Source of the DNA: Pseudovirgaria hyperparasitica
Lineage: Eukaryota
NCBI GenBank assembly: GCA_010093815.1
Contig: ML996572.1
Reading direction: 5' to 3' (one strand)
Length of the DNA: 64,000 nucleotides
Positions 1 to 13,023 of the stretch are shown in pieces. Both the position numbers and the translations under genes were made by a program. A model generated the notes under the pieces. That model did no database searches, was not told where the DNA came from, and worked only from the letters and a program-made list of their open reading frames with translations. The stretch's first letter is position 1. The number at the start of each line of letters is the position of its first letter.

Positions 1-69
1 GCAAGGGCAATCCGACTCGTGGAACACGATGCAAGAATCCGCTCGCACTCTTCCTTACAATGTATGCTT

Positions 70-273
70 CTAGAGCGGGGACAGAGACAGCGAAAGGTTC
101 TTTTCGCGCAGTGGATAATGCGGACCAGTGATGGCAGCTTCCAAATGGCCCGACGCGTGCTTTTGCAGCGCCGCATAGGTGACTCTGTCCAATAGTAGAG
201 GGCTGAGTGACGACAGCGCTGTGCTGAGGTTTTGCAGACGTTGCTGAATACGCTCAGCAGTGGATGTCGACAT
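70..273 (-). CDS. Possible 5' end of a hypothetical gene running toward or off the left edge
   Basis: ATG in good context (ATCGCC-ATG) and a helical-looking 67-aa ORF; a second frame (AVSVPALEAYIVRKSASGFLHRVPRVGLPL) stays open to the window edge. No family recognised. Confidence 0.25.
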   Translation of the reverse strand: MSTSTAERIQQRLQNLSTALSSLSPLLLDRVTYAALQKHASGHLEAAITGPHYPLREKNLSLSLSPL

Positions 274-1988
274 GGCGATAGAAGAGGACTAGAGCTGAGG
301 AGGATGGGTGAGGCCTGAGTAAGACGACGTTTCATTCTCCCAGTGCTGCTTCTTGGTTGTCCATTTCCAACTTCATCGCGGGACAAGATTGGGCTGCTCA
401 CAGGCATCGAATGTGCAGTCTTGTGTTGCCCTGTTCCTCCAGAAAACCGACCACACTCAAGGCTGATTGGCATTTGTGCCAGCCTTGTTGCGTACAGCCA
501 GTTGACATCTATACCATTCACAACTCTGCCTTGTCACCTTTGTTCTTATAATTATACCTCACTGCCCTCCCACACTGACCTCCCGGTCTCTCCCCCGCCT
601 CTTCTGCATCCTGCACAGTCGGAGGCGTAGTGGATCCTTTGTGGGACGAGACTCTCCATTCATAAGTTCCGCCAGGTTGTTGCTAGGAGACGACGACCTT
701 CTGACCAAAGACGGTGAGAGAATCAGCGCAACCACAGCAAACAAGCCCGAGGCCAGAACCTATCTGGTAGTTTGTTATTACCCACCAGGAGCCGAAACAC
801 TCACCGACATTTCGAGCGGAGGCTATAGAACGCTTCTCACAGAAGGGAGCAGGACTGTACGACGGCGACGGCGTCTTGCACCGCCTCTTTTCGTTGTAAA
901 CGCCTCTCGCAGCAATACGCAATACGCAATAGACGGACGCGCCGGAACAATCATCGACATATTCGCCGCCGGCGCCGCACAATCCGAAGACGACGAGAAC
1001 GACGACAACAACGACGACGGATTCGTAACTCGGATTGCGGCTTAGTTCTGGCTTGGTCTGGCCGAAAAGACGCCGCAACAGCTTCCACGGGATTCGATCG
1101 GTGTCTGCCTCAGGCCACGAAGTCTGACCTATTCTGAATCAGCAACAGCATCGATCAACGCGACGTGCGACGCCATCAATCGCCGCCATCAAAATCCATC
1201 GCCGGCCAAAATCCGCACTGACCCCCCCTCGACCCCCGCCGCCAAACCCGCCTGACTTGGCTTCTACTTGGCTTCCATTTGGCTACTCACCACCGCCCAC
1301 CACCGCCCACCGCCGCCCACTTTCGCCTGCTTACTGGCCACTTGCTGCTCACCTACTGGTCGCCTCTCTCTCTCCCCCCCCCCAAAAAGCCTGACAACTG
1401 GGCATCCCTCCCCCCCCGGCTGACCGTTGTTGTCGTTGCTCACAGGCCCCAGGGTCAGGCTCTTTTTGCCCTTTTTGCCCGGGCCTTGTTCCTTGGGTTG
1501 GGTGGTGCCCTTGTGCCCTTTGAGCCCTTTGCCTCAAACCTCTCTATTAGTCTCTGTCACCGATCCTTCCGCCTCTCCTCTCCACGTTCTTCACTTCATC
1601 CACCCTCCCCTCGCCTTACCCAACAACATACACATCACTTCAATCAATTCAACCACTTCGTCGACTACGCTGTTACAGACTCTCCGCTTCTTTCTACACC
1701 ACTTCTTTGTCTACACTTCTTAATACCTACTTTGTTCAAAGAGCCAAGACGACTGGCTCGTCGTTTATCGCTTTCTTGGAACACCGCGTCTACCCTGCCC
1801 AACGCCTTTGCACTACCTTCTACTTCACCGGCACCGACACCGACAATCTTTCAATCCTTCACATCACCCTCAACTCGGCTGTTATACGTGAGCTGTCTAG
1901 AGTCAGCGCTCGATCGACTGAGCACTTCGACCACCACAGCCAGTGCAACGGCAGACCCACCAACAACAGCGGCCTCCCACCTCAAGTC

Positions 1989-3866
1989 ATGGACGAACCG
2001 TTACCAGACCCATATACCACCCTTGGAGTGTCGAGAAACGCGACCGAGAATGACGTCAAGTCAGCCTACAGAAAGCTGGCACTCAAGTGTCACCCGGACA
2101 AGTTTCCTGACGAAGCCGTCAAGAAAGTCAAGGAGCAGGAATTTCATCGTTTAAACGAGGCGTACGAACTCTTGAGCGATCCCGCCAAGAAGAGTGAATG
2201 GCAAGCCACGGTCAAGCTGGCGGAGATGCGCAAAGAGGCGATGGAGAGAGCCGCTCGTGGGAGTGGCAACATGCGGTCCTCATACAACGACGTGCCATCG
2301 TCCGCATACAAGACACAAACGCGCGCTCCCAGCTTCGCTGCTCCACCGCCCACCTCTCAAGAGCGACAACGAACTTCTTACGATGACTATGATCGCTATG
2401 AACCGACTGACAGGCCATCTTCGCGCAAGGTGCCCGGCTACGAACGAGAGCGACACAGTAAATCCTCCAAGACTGAACGTCAATCGAGTAAGTCCGCAAC
2501 CGAAAAGAAACGCTCAGAAGAGAAGAGGCAGAAAGAGAAAGCACAGACACGAGAGCGCTCACAAAAAGCAACGTACGTCGACGCTTCTTCCGACTCAGAC
2601 TATGGCAAAGACCAGCGCCGCAGAGAGAAAGAGAGGGCAGAAAAGGAGCCCTCGCGACGCTCGACTGCAAATCGTATGTTTTCTGCAGCTACCGACTCGC
2701 GAGCTCGGGGTGACGTTCACGACGACTCCCACAGGAAGTACTCCACCATGGCCGACTATGCCTACGCATACATGGGTAAAGACAAAGACTCTCGCAAAGA
2801 TAGCGGAATCGCCTTCACGGGCACTGGAAGGCCTGCCCACGTTCGGAGGTCGTCTGCCCGACCGAAAGATCAAAGCCCCAGAGCAAAGGACCGAGGTCCA
2901 TACATTGTCGAAGAGCCCGATGAGCATGAGCGACGTAAACCATCGATGCCACAGTCCACGTCCTCTCCCGCTGCACTGAGGCAACACCTTTCCCAGTCAC
3001 AAACTTACAGCCACGTCCGTGCGCCGCAAGAAACAGTGCCCAAGATGGGTCGTTCCGAAACCATGCCCACCGGAGGCTACACGACAAACACTTCACGCAG
3101 ACGCGATACAACCCCCCAACAGACTTCGAAGGACGACTCGGGCTACTCTAGCCCTGGCACGCCAGAAACTCAGCAGCCTCAGAGCGGCTTCTCGCGCTCC
3201 TACACGCAGCCAGTACCTCCTTCGACAGCACCCTATACGTCAACCAAGGCCCGCTTTCCCTCTGCGGTCCCTCCCACCGTCCACGAATTCACTCAATACG
3301 ATCCATATGGCCCCCGTATTGAGACTCGTGAGCCGGGTACTCAGTACACACCGCGTATGACTAGGAGCCCATCTCCTCATACCAAGGAGACTGATTCTGC
3401 AGAGCGCTTACCGAAGTCTTCGGGCCGCTCATCATACCCAGCAGCATCTCCTGCCACACAGACTCATCGCGTAGTGTACTCATATGCGCCCATTTCCACC
3501 CCATCCGTACCACGACCTCCAATACCGCACGCCAACACGACACAAACAATTCCAATCGTGAGTGAGCCTGAACGTGAACGAGGCCGAGAGAGGTCCCGCC
3601 GTGATGCTTCCCCCAAGCTTTATGGCGAGGTGCCTTCTGCCTACACTCAAAAATCCACCCGACCTGCCATGGAGCGACGGACCTCCTACAGGCCCGAGGA
3701 AGTTAGCTACACTCCAAACTACAGCGTGGATGACGTTAAGTTCAGTCATGAAGACTACAGGAACGGCGACGATGAGTACAGGCGTGGGTATCGCGCAGCA
3801 TGGGAGGAAATGGCCAGACAGGGACGTGCGCCACCCCTTCACAGGCGTGAGACTGCTGCGCACTAG
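1989..3866 (+). CDS. DnaJ (J-domain) protein with long low-complexity Ser/Arg/Pro-rich C-terminus
   Basis: MDEPLPDPYTTLGVSRNATENDVKSAYRKLALKCHPDK...FHRLNEAYELLSDP: canonical J-domain with HPD motif; first ATG at 1989 within ORF 1707-3866; apparently intronless. Confidence 0.9.
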   Translation: MDEPLPDPYTTLGVSRNATENDVKSAYRKLALKCHPDKFPDEAVKKVKEQEFHRLNEAYELLSDPAKKSEWQATVKLAEMRKEAMERAARGSGNMRSSYNDVPSSAYKTQTRAPSFAAPPPTSQERQRTSYDDYDRYEPTDRPSSRKVPGYERERHSKSSKTERQSSKSATEKKRSEEKRQKEKAQTRERSQKATYVDASSDSDYGKDQRRREKERAEKEPSRRSTANRMFSAATDSRARGDVHDDSHRKYSTMADYAYAYMGKDKDSRKDSGIAFTGTGRPAHVRRSSARPKDQSPRAKDRGPYIVEEPDEHERRKPSMPQSTSSPAALRQHLSQSQTYSHVRAPQETVPKMGRSETMPTGGYTTNTSRRRDTTPQQTSKDDSGYSSPGTPETQQPQSGFSRSYTQPVPPSTAPYTSTKARFPSAVPPTVHEFTQYDPYGPRIETREPGTQYTPRMTRSPSPHTKETDSAERLPKSSGRSSYPAASPATQTHRVVYSYAPISTPSVPRPPIPHANTTQTIPIVSEPERERGRERSRRDASPKLYGEVPSAYTQKSTRPAMERRTSYRPEEVSYTPNYSVDDVKFSHEDYRNGDDEYRRGYRAAWEEMARQGRAPPLHRRETAAH

Positions 3867-4088
3867 CAGCCTCGTTGTTCACAATGTTTTCCTGACATTG
3901 CATTTCCGTGTTCATCGTTGGTGGAAGCACTTTCTGCATTTTCAATCACACATATTGTTCTATCACTGTATCGTTTTGGCTTTTTGGCGTCCAAGGGGAG
4001 TTCGCTCTTGGTGCTACTTTCCTTTTTCTACCAATATCATCGAAGAGGCTTTGCTGTGAGTCTATCGAGTTTCACTATACAAATACAT

Positions 4089-4172
4089 AAACAACAACAA
4101 CAACAACAACAACATTAACAACAATAACAATCATCGACGACCGACGACGACTACGAAGACGACCGACGACGA
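4089..4172. repeat. (CAA)n microsatellite followed by degenerate (GAC)n
   Basis: acaacaacaacaacaacaacaaca...cgacgaccgacgacgactacgaagacgaccgacgac seen directly. Confidence 0.85.
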
Positions 4173-4655
4173 ATCACTTTTTTTGCAGAGAAGGAGGAAC
4201 TCCCAATATCATTTTGGTCGAGTGTGGAATCTGGACAGAGAGATATAGAAACAGCGCTCTTCTTTTGAACTTTTTCCCCCTGAAAGACAAAATGTCAAAA
4301 GAGAGCGCTTGTGTGTAATGTACATGAGGAAAGATGGGAAATCCCCCTAGCAGCAAGTTAGAGCAACGCCTAGCGAGACCAGCGCGAACAAAACCCCCCC
4401 TTGCTTGCGCTGGGCTACGATGAGCATGAATATAATGATCTTACCAACCCAAAACTCCATACAAATTCCCGAAAACGAAAATTTTAATACTAAATTACTT
4501 GTTCTTTGTGACTCTCCACAAAATGCACTACGTTTGGTCTCTCGAATTCGTATTTTCTCTTTGAACCCACCCCACTTACCCGCCACTGCAGTGCCACCTT
4601 GTTGTGTACGTCATATGTCATATGGCGACCTCTCGTCCTCGTGTCGATGCTAATA

Positions 4656-4736
4656 CAACACATCACATCATGTCACACCACACACACACATACACATACA
4701 CACACGACACGCCACACGACACGCCACATCACACAT
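4656..4736. repeat. Degenerate (CA)n microsatellite with a duplicated CACGACACGCCA unit
   Basis: cacacacacatacacatacacacacgacacgccacacgacacgccacatcacac seen directly. Confidence 0.75.
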
Positions 4737-4876
4737 CAGCACTACCTTTGACACTCAATGTACAGTATGCGACATTTTCATTCTCCATGATAGCGACACG
4801 CTGCCGCATTGCGATATTTCCCATCTACCTATCTATCTGCCCACTTATCGACTCAGCTACCCACGAACCTCCCCAT

Positions 4877-7458
4877 TCAATCCAAAATACCCACACTACC
4901 CAACCCACCACACGCCCTCTCAAGCGTCAAAAACGCAAAATGCCCTCCCACAACAGGCCGTGCAAAGAAGTTTGGCCCGGGAAACCCGCCGTCGCCCTCG
5001 GTGTTGTACAAGTCCGTAAACGGGCGATCGGTCACCGTCTCATTTAGCCACTTCGCGACTCGTTGGAGGATTTCTTTACGCACGTCCGAAGAAGCCACGG
5101 CGGCGGATTCGAATTCCCAGTCCGACTTTGTATACAGGTGGCGTGAGTCGAGCGGGAGGCCGTATTTCTGCATCACGGCCGCGTACCAGTCGGACTGCTT
5201 CTTGTAGATTGACGTGGGGATGAAGTCTTTGCTGTTGGAGGAGATGGGTCCAGAGATGGGTTTCTGCTCGCCAGAGTGCGCTGGCGAAAACGTGGGCGCA
5301 GAGCTGTTTGAGAATGAAGGGTGGAAGCATAGGATGGCGTCGGCGTAGAGCGAGTATAGAGTTGTCCAGCTGCCATACCAGTCGTATGCCAGCTTTGCGT
5401 GCGAGCCGTCGCGGGACATGCCGTATTCCTCCCATTTGGTTATGTATGTTTCCGAGATGTTCTTGTACCTCTTTGCGTCGGCATCTTCGCCGAGAATTGA
5501 GGATAGCTCGCTCATGGCCTTGATACCGATGATACCTTTCAAGGCGAGGTTCGTCTGGAGCGGAAGCCAGCCGGCGAAGTCGTCGGTGCATACTATGACC
5601 GTGTCAGAAGCGGAACATAATTGATAGATGACTTCATCTCGAAACTTACGTTGATTTGCTGGCTCTAGAGAGAATTCCACCAAGTAGCCGGTCCATTGCT
5701 TCCACAGACGGTAGCTGTTCTTGAGCCATTTTTTTGCCTGCTTAGGGCCCTTCAATACGCCACCCCACGAATTGTCAATGTACTCGATACCGTCAACAGT
5801 CCCTATCTCGGCAAGCGAGAAGGGATTCTCATTACTTTCGTCAAAGTCTTGACTACCAACGGTGGACCATCTTGACTGTGCTGCTGAGCTGTCCGAGTAC
5901 ATCAATGAGTTGATCAGTGCGAGGCCCATGATAAGCATGTCCCCACACTCTTCGACAGGCATGTACTCGTCCCGTCCGTCTGCGTGGCCTGTCTCATTGG
6001 GGAAATGGGAACCCAGGTCATGCATCGAGTAGTCATTAGGGTACTGGCCGCTCAGCTGATGCTCAATTAGCGGCTCCAAGAGGTACGAAAGCCATCGTGG
6101 ATTCGTGTACAGGAAAAACGGGAACGCAGGGAAAATTACATCCACAGTCTGTGTATTGCCGTTACTTGAGATTTCTTTGAGGAAGAGTAGAGGATTGTCA
6201 GGTGTTCCAGAAAACGAGGTGGCGCCTAGGACTTGTCGAGCAGACAAAGCAACAATATCAACATAGTCATGCGAGCCAGATTGAAATGCATCTGCAGCGA
6301 GCTGATCAGAGTAATTCTGGGCAAGCGCTTGCGCGTTGTGAAAGTCCAAATAATGATAGTCGATCACTTTCTCATCCGTCAAGAACCATGACTTCCATAA
6401 CGGCTTCGCATGCAGGAGGCCTCGAGCGCTGGCAAATTGAACTACTGGGTCCTGCATATGAGCCAATGTGAATTGGACTTTGTCATGTACTGCCTTTGTG
6501 GCAGTCGTCGAGGAGTTTTGGGCTAACTTGAAGCTCTTTGAGAACGCAAAGACCGGCTCACGTTCCATGACTCCTCGAAAGTCGTTATCAACCTGATTCT
6601 GTAATGTACCAGTCCGTGAAAACCGCTGTCTAAGGGTCTTAGCTCTACCAGCTTCATGTCTGACGCCCGCGGGAGCACTGAAGAGAAGATGTCCCCACTC
6701 TGATTGGTCGTATATTTCGGTGTATAGCAATTGCTGCGCACGATTGACCTTCCAAGTCTTTAATAGCTTCGTGCCTCTGGCATCTCCATTGTTCAAAAGC
6801 TCCCACTCAATCTTTGCATTTTTAGTCCCGCTCACCCATTCACCGTTGACATCGATGTATATGTCGAGGTCGAAATCCCCAGATACATAGACAGTCAGGT
6901 ACGCTGCAGGTATTGATTGTCTCAAGGTGGATGTGGGTGTGATCGGGGAGAGGAATGATAACTTAAGCTCCAGAGGCTTAGAACCGGGCGTAGGAGCGGG
7001 GATCATGTAGGTAAGGTTCGTGGTCGAGGCATCATAACTTGCGCCTTTATAATCCGGGTACGAAACATTGTATCTTTCAACGTCAGCTTGGTTGCGGTCC
7101 CAGAAGGATCTCTAAGCTTACCCGATTTCTTCTCCGTCACTTTCGAGGAAATCTTGGACCCTACCAAGAAGAGGGTAAACATCTTTAGTGTCCGGCGAGG
7201 ATGCCATTATCGCCATGCCGAGCGATCCTCCTGTCCAAAATATGGGCCTGGAAGTAGATCAATCACTCTGGCCGGATGGTCCAGGACAGGTCCTTACCAA
7301 TGACTCCATGGTACGTCTCTGGCATTCGCAAGCCAGCTATTGAAGTAGGGTGTTCGAACGAACAGTGGAAGAATCGGAGGTGTCAATGTAGAAGCTTCAG
7401 CTACACTTGCCAGGAGTGCGCATATGGACGTTGAACAGCCGAAGCAAGAGAGCTTCAT
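4877..7458 (-). CDS. gtaA: Secreted glutaminase A (GtaA-family), multi-exon
   Basis: Signal peptide, then PPILPLFVRTPYFNSW / WPIFWTG (joined across intron 7248-7297); motifs FLKEISSNGNTQTVDVIFP, HDLGSHFPNETGH, MPVEECGDM, TDDFAG, NLALKGIIGIKAM, YGLPLDSRHLYTKSDW, ARPVVGGHFA. An in-frame intron lies near 5593-5650. Confidence 0.9.
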
Positions 7459-7896
7459 TATGAGAAGACAAAAAGACACAATTCAAGAGCTCAGTCGTCA
7501 GCCACGTAGCTTTCTGGGAAATTTGAGCTCGTTTTTTACATGCTCGATATCATACATTCAACGCATGAGACTTTGGGAGCTAGGAGCTGTCGTGAGACTT
7601 GAGTGATTAATGGTAGTGGGTCTGGGGAAGTCACCCAACAGGGCTGTTATGCACGGATGGACCCATCCATTGCGGGGAAGTTCCAACCAATCAAACTCCG
7701 TGCCCTGAATCGGGTTGTAGGGTCGTATTCAAATGCCGACCTCACCCTATCATTATTTCATGCTTCTTACACAAGTTATCATCCCGCAGACACGAATTCT
7801 TCGACAGCATCATTTGCCCAGAATCGTGATTCGCGGTCTGACATTCTTTTGATGCAATGGAAGTCTGCCTCTCCATGCCTCGTCGCCGCCGGCCCC

Positions 7897-9162
7897 TTAC
7901 TTCTTTGAGACCGTGTCATTAACCACATCCTGCCAGACCTCAGCTGTGTGAGAGCGCTTACGTCCTGGAGTTGGAGAATCGATGTCCCTGAAGCCTCCTC
8001 TAATTGGGCTCGGTGCTCGCCATGCCTCTCTATCATGAGTTTCGACCGTGTCCTCCGTAGTCCTCGAAAACAATGACATTGGAAAAGAGCTGTTCGTGGT
8101 GGGGAAGAGGCGCCGCGAAGGCGGGATAGATAATCTCTTCGGACGCCCAACAAAGCCGAACTTGTCGTCCTCGATGTCATCTTCATCTGGCTGATTACCA
8201 TGTGCCTCCGGTGCTTTGCTGGAGGAATCAAGAGACGTCTCGCTGTGGTGACCATCAACTCCTTCCGGCCCTTGTACATTCTCCATTGAATCTTGCAGGT
8301 CGAGGCTAAGGTAACTATCGATGTAGCTCTCATCGGAGCCATCGGGAACTCGCAGAATCTCGAGGCGCTTCAACTCATCTTGATAGTGTCAGCCTCGCAT
8401 AAAATGGCGATCCATCCTCATACCTAATGTTTTGTAGTAGTACCGGAATGTAGCGTATGGCATGTCCACCGGATCTACGAGTGCATATTTGTAGAATCGC
8501 TTTGGCTGTTCTTTCTTTACCTGGCCAACAGACAAGATCCTGTCGAGGTTAGTAGCCATTCATACATTCGCACTCCATCGCTCTTCTCACTCTAAACCCG
8601 TTGGTCGTTTGCGCCCCTGTATGGTATCTCTATATTGATTCATATCCTTCGCAATTCTCTGGCGTCCGGCCGCACGATAAACGCGGATCTCAAACCTTGC
8701 CCCATAATTTCCTTCCAGGTTGTCATCCTGTCTGCTGTTGGCCGCGAAGAAAAAGCCTCGTCTTTCAGTAGCTGAACTTCTTGCATTCCAAGTTTCTGTA
8801 GCCTCGTAAAGCGCATGCATTGTTTTTCCTTGATAGTCTTCCTCCTTTCCGACACCCCAAGAGACCACGTCCGTGTCATTGATCGAGAGCTTGAAAAAGA
8901 AATAAGCTGAAGGAGGCTCCGGCTCGCTTAGGCTATAGCAAACCCAAAACTGCGCTCCTGGTCGCGATTGTATGTACACTGAGGCCACGTTATTTTCCAA
9001 GAGCTTGGGGAAGCCCGGCTTCTTGGGTGGTGCAAACTCCGGAACTTGCTCCACATCGAATTGCGAATTGACACCGAGGGTGATCCCGCGAAAACCTGCG
9101 AAATTGATTCAGTCAGCACAATTTCTGGCTTCGTGCAAGCAACTGCAAGACATACCAGGCAT
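7897..9162 (-). CDS. Conserved fungal hypothetical protein, 4 exons
   Basis: Spliced model MP-G|FRGITLGVNSQFDVEQVPEFAPP...SVYIQSRPGAQFWVCY...VVSWG...FEIRVYRA...|...RFYKYALVDPVDMPYATFRYYY...; canonical GT-AG introns (first 9096-9155) join the ORFs in frame. Confidence 0.75.
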
Positions 9163-12100
9163 TTTTGTGACGCCTGAATCCAGACAGCGCTGCAGTATGG
9201 CTTCAAAAGAGGTCCGAAAGCTTCCGCAGCTCGATGTGCGAATGTTGTCGCGCGTATGCCCGGGACTTTGCGTGTGTTCAGCTCAGCAGGCGCAACACCC
9301 TCTTCATGGGCTTATCACGTGATGTCAGTGAAGTTCACCAGGAGTCGCAACTAGGCTAATACATAGCTCTAAGTCTGTTCCAAAAAGAAACTCTCAAGAC
9401 GAACTAAAGACAACAAAACATTACCCATAAAGATGGGTGGCTACCACAGACCGGTGACCTTAAGCGCACACCTACAGTCATTGAAGTGCTCAAGACTCGA
9501 ATGATGTTTGAAGAGCGATTCGCCTCCCTAGCAATAAAGTGATGGTCTATAGGATGACACAAGGCAAGCGCAGACGTGTTCTGGAAGACTTCAATCGCAT
9601 TGCCATTCCATTCGTTTGTTCTGTAGCTCCGGTCAATTTCATATCTTTTTGGATGCTCAAAGGAGGATCCTTTAGTGCATGGCAAGACACGCATGGAGTG
9701 TCATTTGAAGACCTAAATATTCCTGACCTACTTGTCTTGCACAGCATCGCCCCTTTCCTACGTATTCCTTGCTTGGAGAGGGTATATGTTGATCGCTTAC
9801 GATGGGAATCATCTCACGTTTTGCTGTACCCTGATCAGCTCAGGGTGGTAATGAATAGACTTCCACGGCTCATCACTGACAGTGTATCGTCAGCTGTGAA
9901 GGTAGGCAGCTGGCTTGAGCGAGACATGAGCTCACTCTAATGAACGATTGGATCTCTTGCATGAGATTAAGGCAAGGATTTAGCTTATTCGATTTCAACG
10001 AGAACATTTTGTAGAGCGATGTGTTACTGTCGTACTACGACAGTAACTTATGTAAAGTCTTCAACTAACACTAAGCCAGCTACCAGCATCGCCCTGTTTG
10101 TTTCGCCTCTTGAATAGCTCACACAGCAATGTATCTAGCTATCACAGCAAGCATTCTGAGAAATTTAAGCTCCTTTTATCTTACTTCAAGACTCTAAATC
10201 TTTTGCTTGTTAGTAGTTTTACGATACCTATCCCCGTTATACTGATTCAAAACTCACAATATAGGAAAGAAGATACAAGGCTTATCCAGCACCATAGTAC
10301 TTGACATGGAGACAACATTCGGAAATTCGCGAAGTCAGATCTCCGTACCTATGATCAGTTCCTTTGGGTCAAAACTACACCCTTGCTGCTTGTTCACGTC
10401 CTTAGTGAAGTCCACCAAAACGACACCCCTGAAAACCCTTCCATTCGGTAAGTGATCGCTTTCTTGTCTCGATGGGTATATAATAGGAACAATTGTTGCA
10501 TCCTTCGTAACACTAACACAGGTTCTAGGGCATTTGGCAAACTTGATTCTTGTCACCGAACGTTACCACGATCCTCGACCGAGTCCCCCCGTTCGATTCC
10601 CACTCACGACATCCCGTTCTGCTCTCGAGCCGTCGACCGTATACGTCGCTCGCCATTATGACGTACCCATTGCACACCGCGGTCGTCTGGCTTCCTTCCC
10701 CTTCTCTCCTCCGTATACGCCCTCTCACTGGCACACGTGCTCTCGACCCTTCACTTCCTCACTTGCACACGTGCTCTCGACCGTTGCGCCACAATGCAAA
10801 CCAACCCTTATCGCCGGGCAGAGTTTCCCCATCCCCATCGGGGGGTGGTTTTTTGTCAAATTTTGCGGCGCTCACCACTCAAGACAAGGCAAGGTTTGGT
10901 GGTCTCTCATACTAATTGAAACAAATTTTGAAGAGATAATCGCGCGTTATCTTATCGCACATAGTTGCTTGTAAGCTCACATGAGTGTTTACATCGGCCA
11001 GTTTTTTGGTTGTGTCCAAAGCAGCTCAGCCCTGGACAACGCACCAAGTCAGTCTTTGGATGGCGACGTATAACTGTGTATCAACGAATACTGAATTCCT
11101 ACTCAAAGATGCCCAAGAAAGACTGCACTCATGGCTTCAGCGGTGAGCCCCGACGCGTTTCGTGATCAGGTCAATCACAACGCACGCAGCTGTGCACTGT
11201 GACTTCATCTTCAATCTGCTCAGGGAAACGCCTTTTTTTCGAACAAAACTCAGCTAACTCGAAAGCAGTCTACTCTTTCTTGGTTCTCACATTTCAACGT
11301 AGCCACTCACTGACATATCGATTGCAAGCCTGCCATCAGAGAAAACCTCAACTTCATCTCAGCACGACTGACTGAGATTACTTGGGAAGTCTCTTGTCCT
11401 ATAGAACAGACTCGCTTCTAGTCTCTGTAAGCATTCATTCCTACATATCGAACCAAGAACTAACGCTGCCCATGATATCTACGAAAGTTCAGATCAAACC
11501 CTCGCACAACTAGCGAATCTGAGAGTCGCCCAAACTTCCTATCCTGCGATACCAGCTTTCGACCCATATTCTTTGGACATGATAGAAGCCACTGACGTTA
11601 AGATCTCTATGCTCTTGGACACAGCCTCATCACGCGGAAGCATATAACTAGGCTGTTTTGCTGAGGCGTCCTTTCCCTCGCGGTCATTGAGGCCACACTA
11701 CCTTATCCGCCATAAAGGCTATCGTTGCCTTATAACCATAGCCTCCCATACATGCCTCATTACTGCGTCACCTGGATGAGGACAAGCTGCTCATAATATT
11801 GGTCCATCGAAGAGAACGATGGTAGGAACCTGATCACTGTGGATCATAGAAAGCTGCCAGTATCCACATCTTGCTCGAACAGGCCAATTGCTGAGCGAGT
11901 GATGAATAACAAAGCAGGCCTTCAAGATCGATCTTCCGTGGTGTCGGGATCAGTGGCAGCTAGAAACATGACATTCTGGATCCATATGCGGCAAGAATGA
12001 TGACAAGGGAATGTTTTGAGTGAGCCTTGTCCCTGAAAATGTTTTGACAGAGTACAGAATCAATCATCGACTCGACCTCGCAGTATAGACGGGTTTCTCC

Positions 12101-12636
12101 AGTACATTTTAATACCCTGGACGCTATGTACAGACCATTCGAGCCAAGACTAAACACTGTGTAGCGCTATATGCATGGAGAAGTATCGTATGATCCTCCT
12201 CTACCTGACATGATTCGGATATACATCCTGTGGGCAGTGGAAAGAGAATGACTTTGTTTACAATTATCAGGCTGATGCCCAAGATTGGGCGACAAGCCCC
12301 TAAGCCTTATTCCGAGAGGATGCCTACGCGTACAAGACGCTGATAGTGTAATATAGAATGACTGTGATGGTAATTTATTGTCTGTCAGTGCTCCAGGCTA
12401 CATGTAAAGAATCACCAAAACGCAAAAGAGTATTCAAGCTTTCTTCTCTCCCATCACCCCTTCCATCTGAACAATGCCTTAGCTGCGAGACAGCCTCCAA
12501 AGTATCCGCTGCAAGAGAACGAACTAGTCTGACGATGCAATGTTATTTCTTCCACCTACATCATGGTCATGGGTCCATCCTCTATGGCTGAGTATTACAA
12601 CTCACTACACGGAACCTGGCAAGTATTCGAGTCTTT

Positions 12637-13023
12637 TTATCTCCCAGCATGGTTTCTGCCTGGCGTAGTATGGCGTTTTTCAGTCGTATATCCAGCACCG
12701 CCTCCTACCGGATCCGCAAACGGGTCCTCCTGCATGGAAGAATTATCGCGTCGCGTAGTATCACCCCTGTTTGGCGTCTGTTTGCCCGCAGCTCCGAATG
12801 CATCACTGACGGCATTAAGATGCCCTGCTGGTGTATGCGTTTCTGTCCAACGATCATGCCTTGCGAGCTCTTTTTGGGTAGGATAAAGAGATTCGGAAGA
12901 TGACTTGGAGACAGAGCTTAGGGGTTCAGGCTCACGCTCTCCTAGAAGCCTACGCGTGCATTCATCGGACGGGGCTTTCTTAAGCGTGAGTATTTTCCCA
13001 AGGTTCTCTTTGATTTTGCTCAT
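12637..13023 (-). CDS. Small hydrophilic hypothetical protein (128 aa)
   Basis: ATG in good context (AAAGCC-ATG) giving MSKIKENLGKILTLKK...EDPFADPVGGGAG; no family recognised. Confidence 0.45.
   Translation of the reverse strand: MSKIKENLGKILTLKKAPSDECTRRLLGEREPEPLSSVSKSSSESLYPTQKELARHDRWTETHTPAGHLNAVSDAFGAAGKQTPNRGDTTRRDNSSMQEDPFADPVGGGAGYTTEKRHTTPGRNHAGR

Noticed and set aside
641..1988. ORFs 641-1045, 683-1078, 1279-2154 and the upstream part of 1707-3866
   Set aside because: Non-ATG starts in low-complexity, pyrimidine- or GAC-rich leader DNA upstream of the DnaJ gene; no recognisable domains.
10586..10610. GTTCGATTCC resembling a tRNA T-loop/B-box
   Set aside because: Flanks cannot form the T-stem, and there is no acceptor stem or D-arm.
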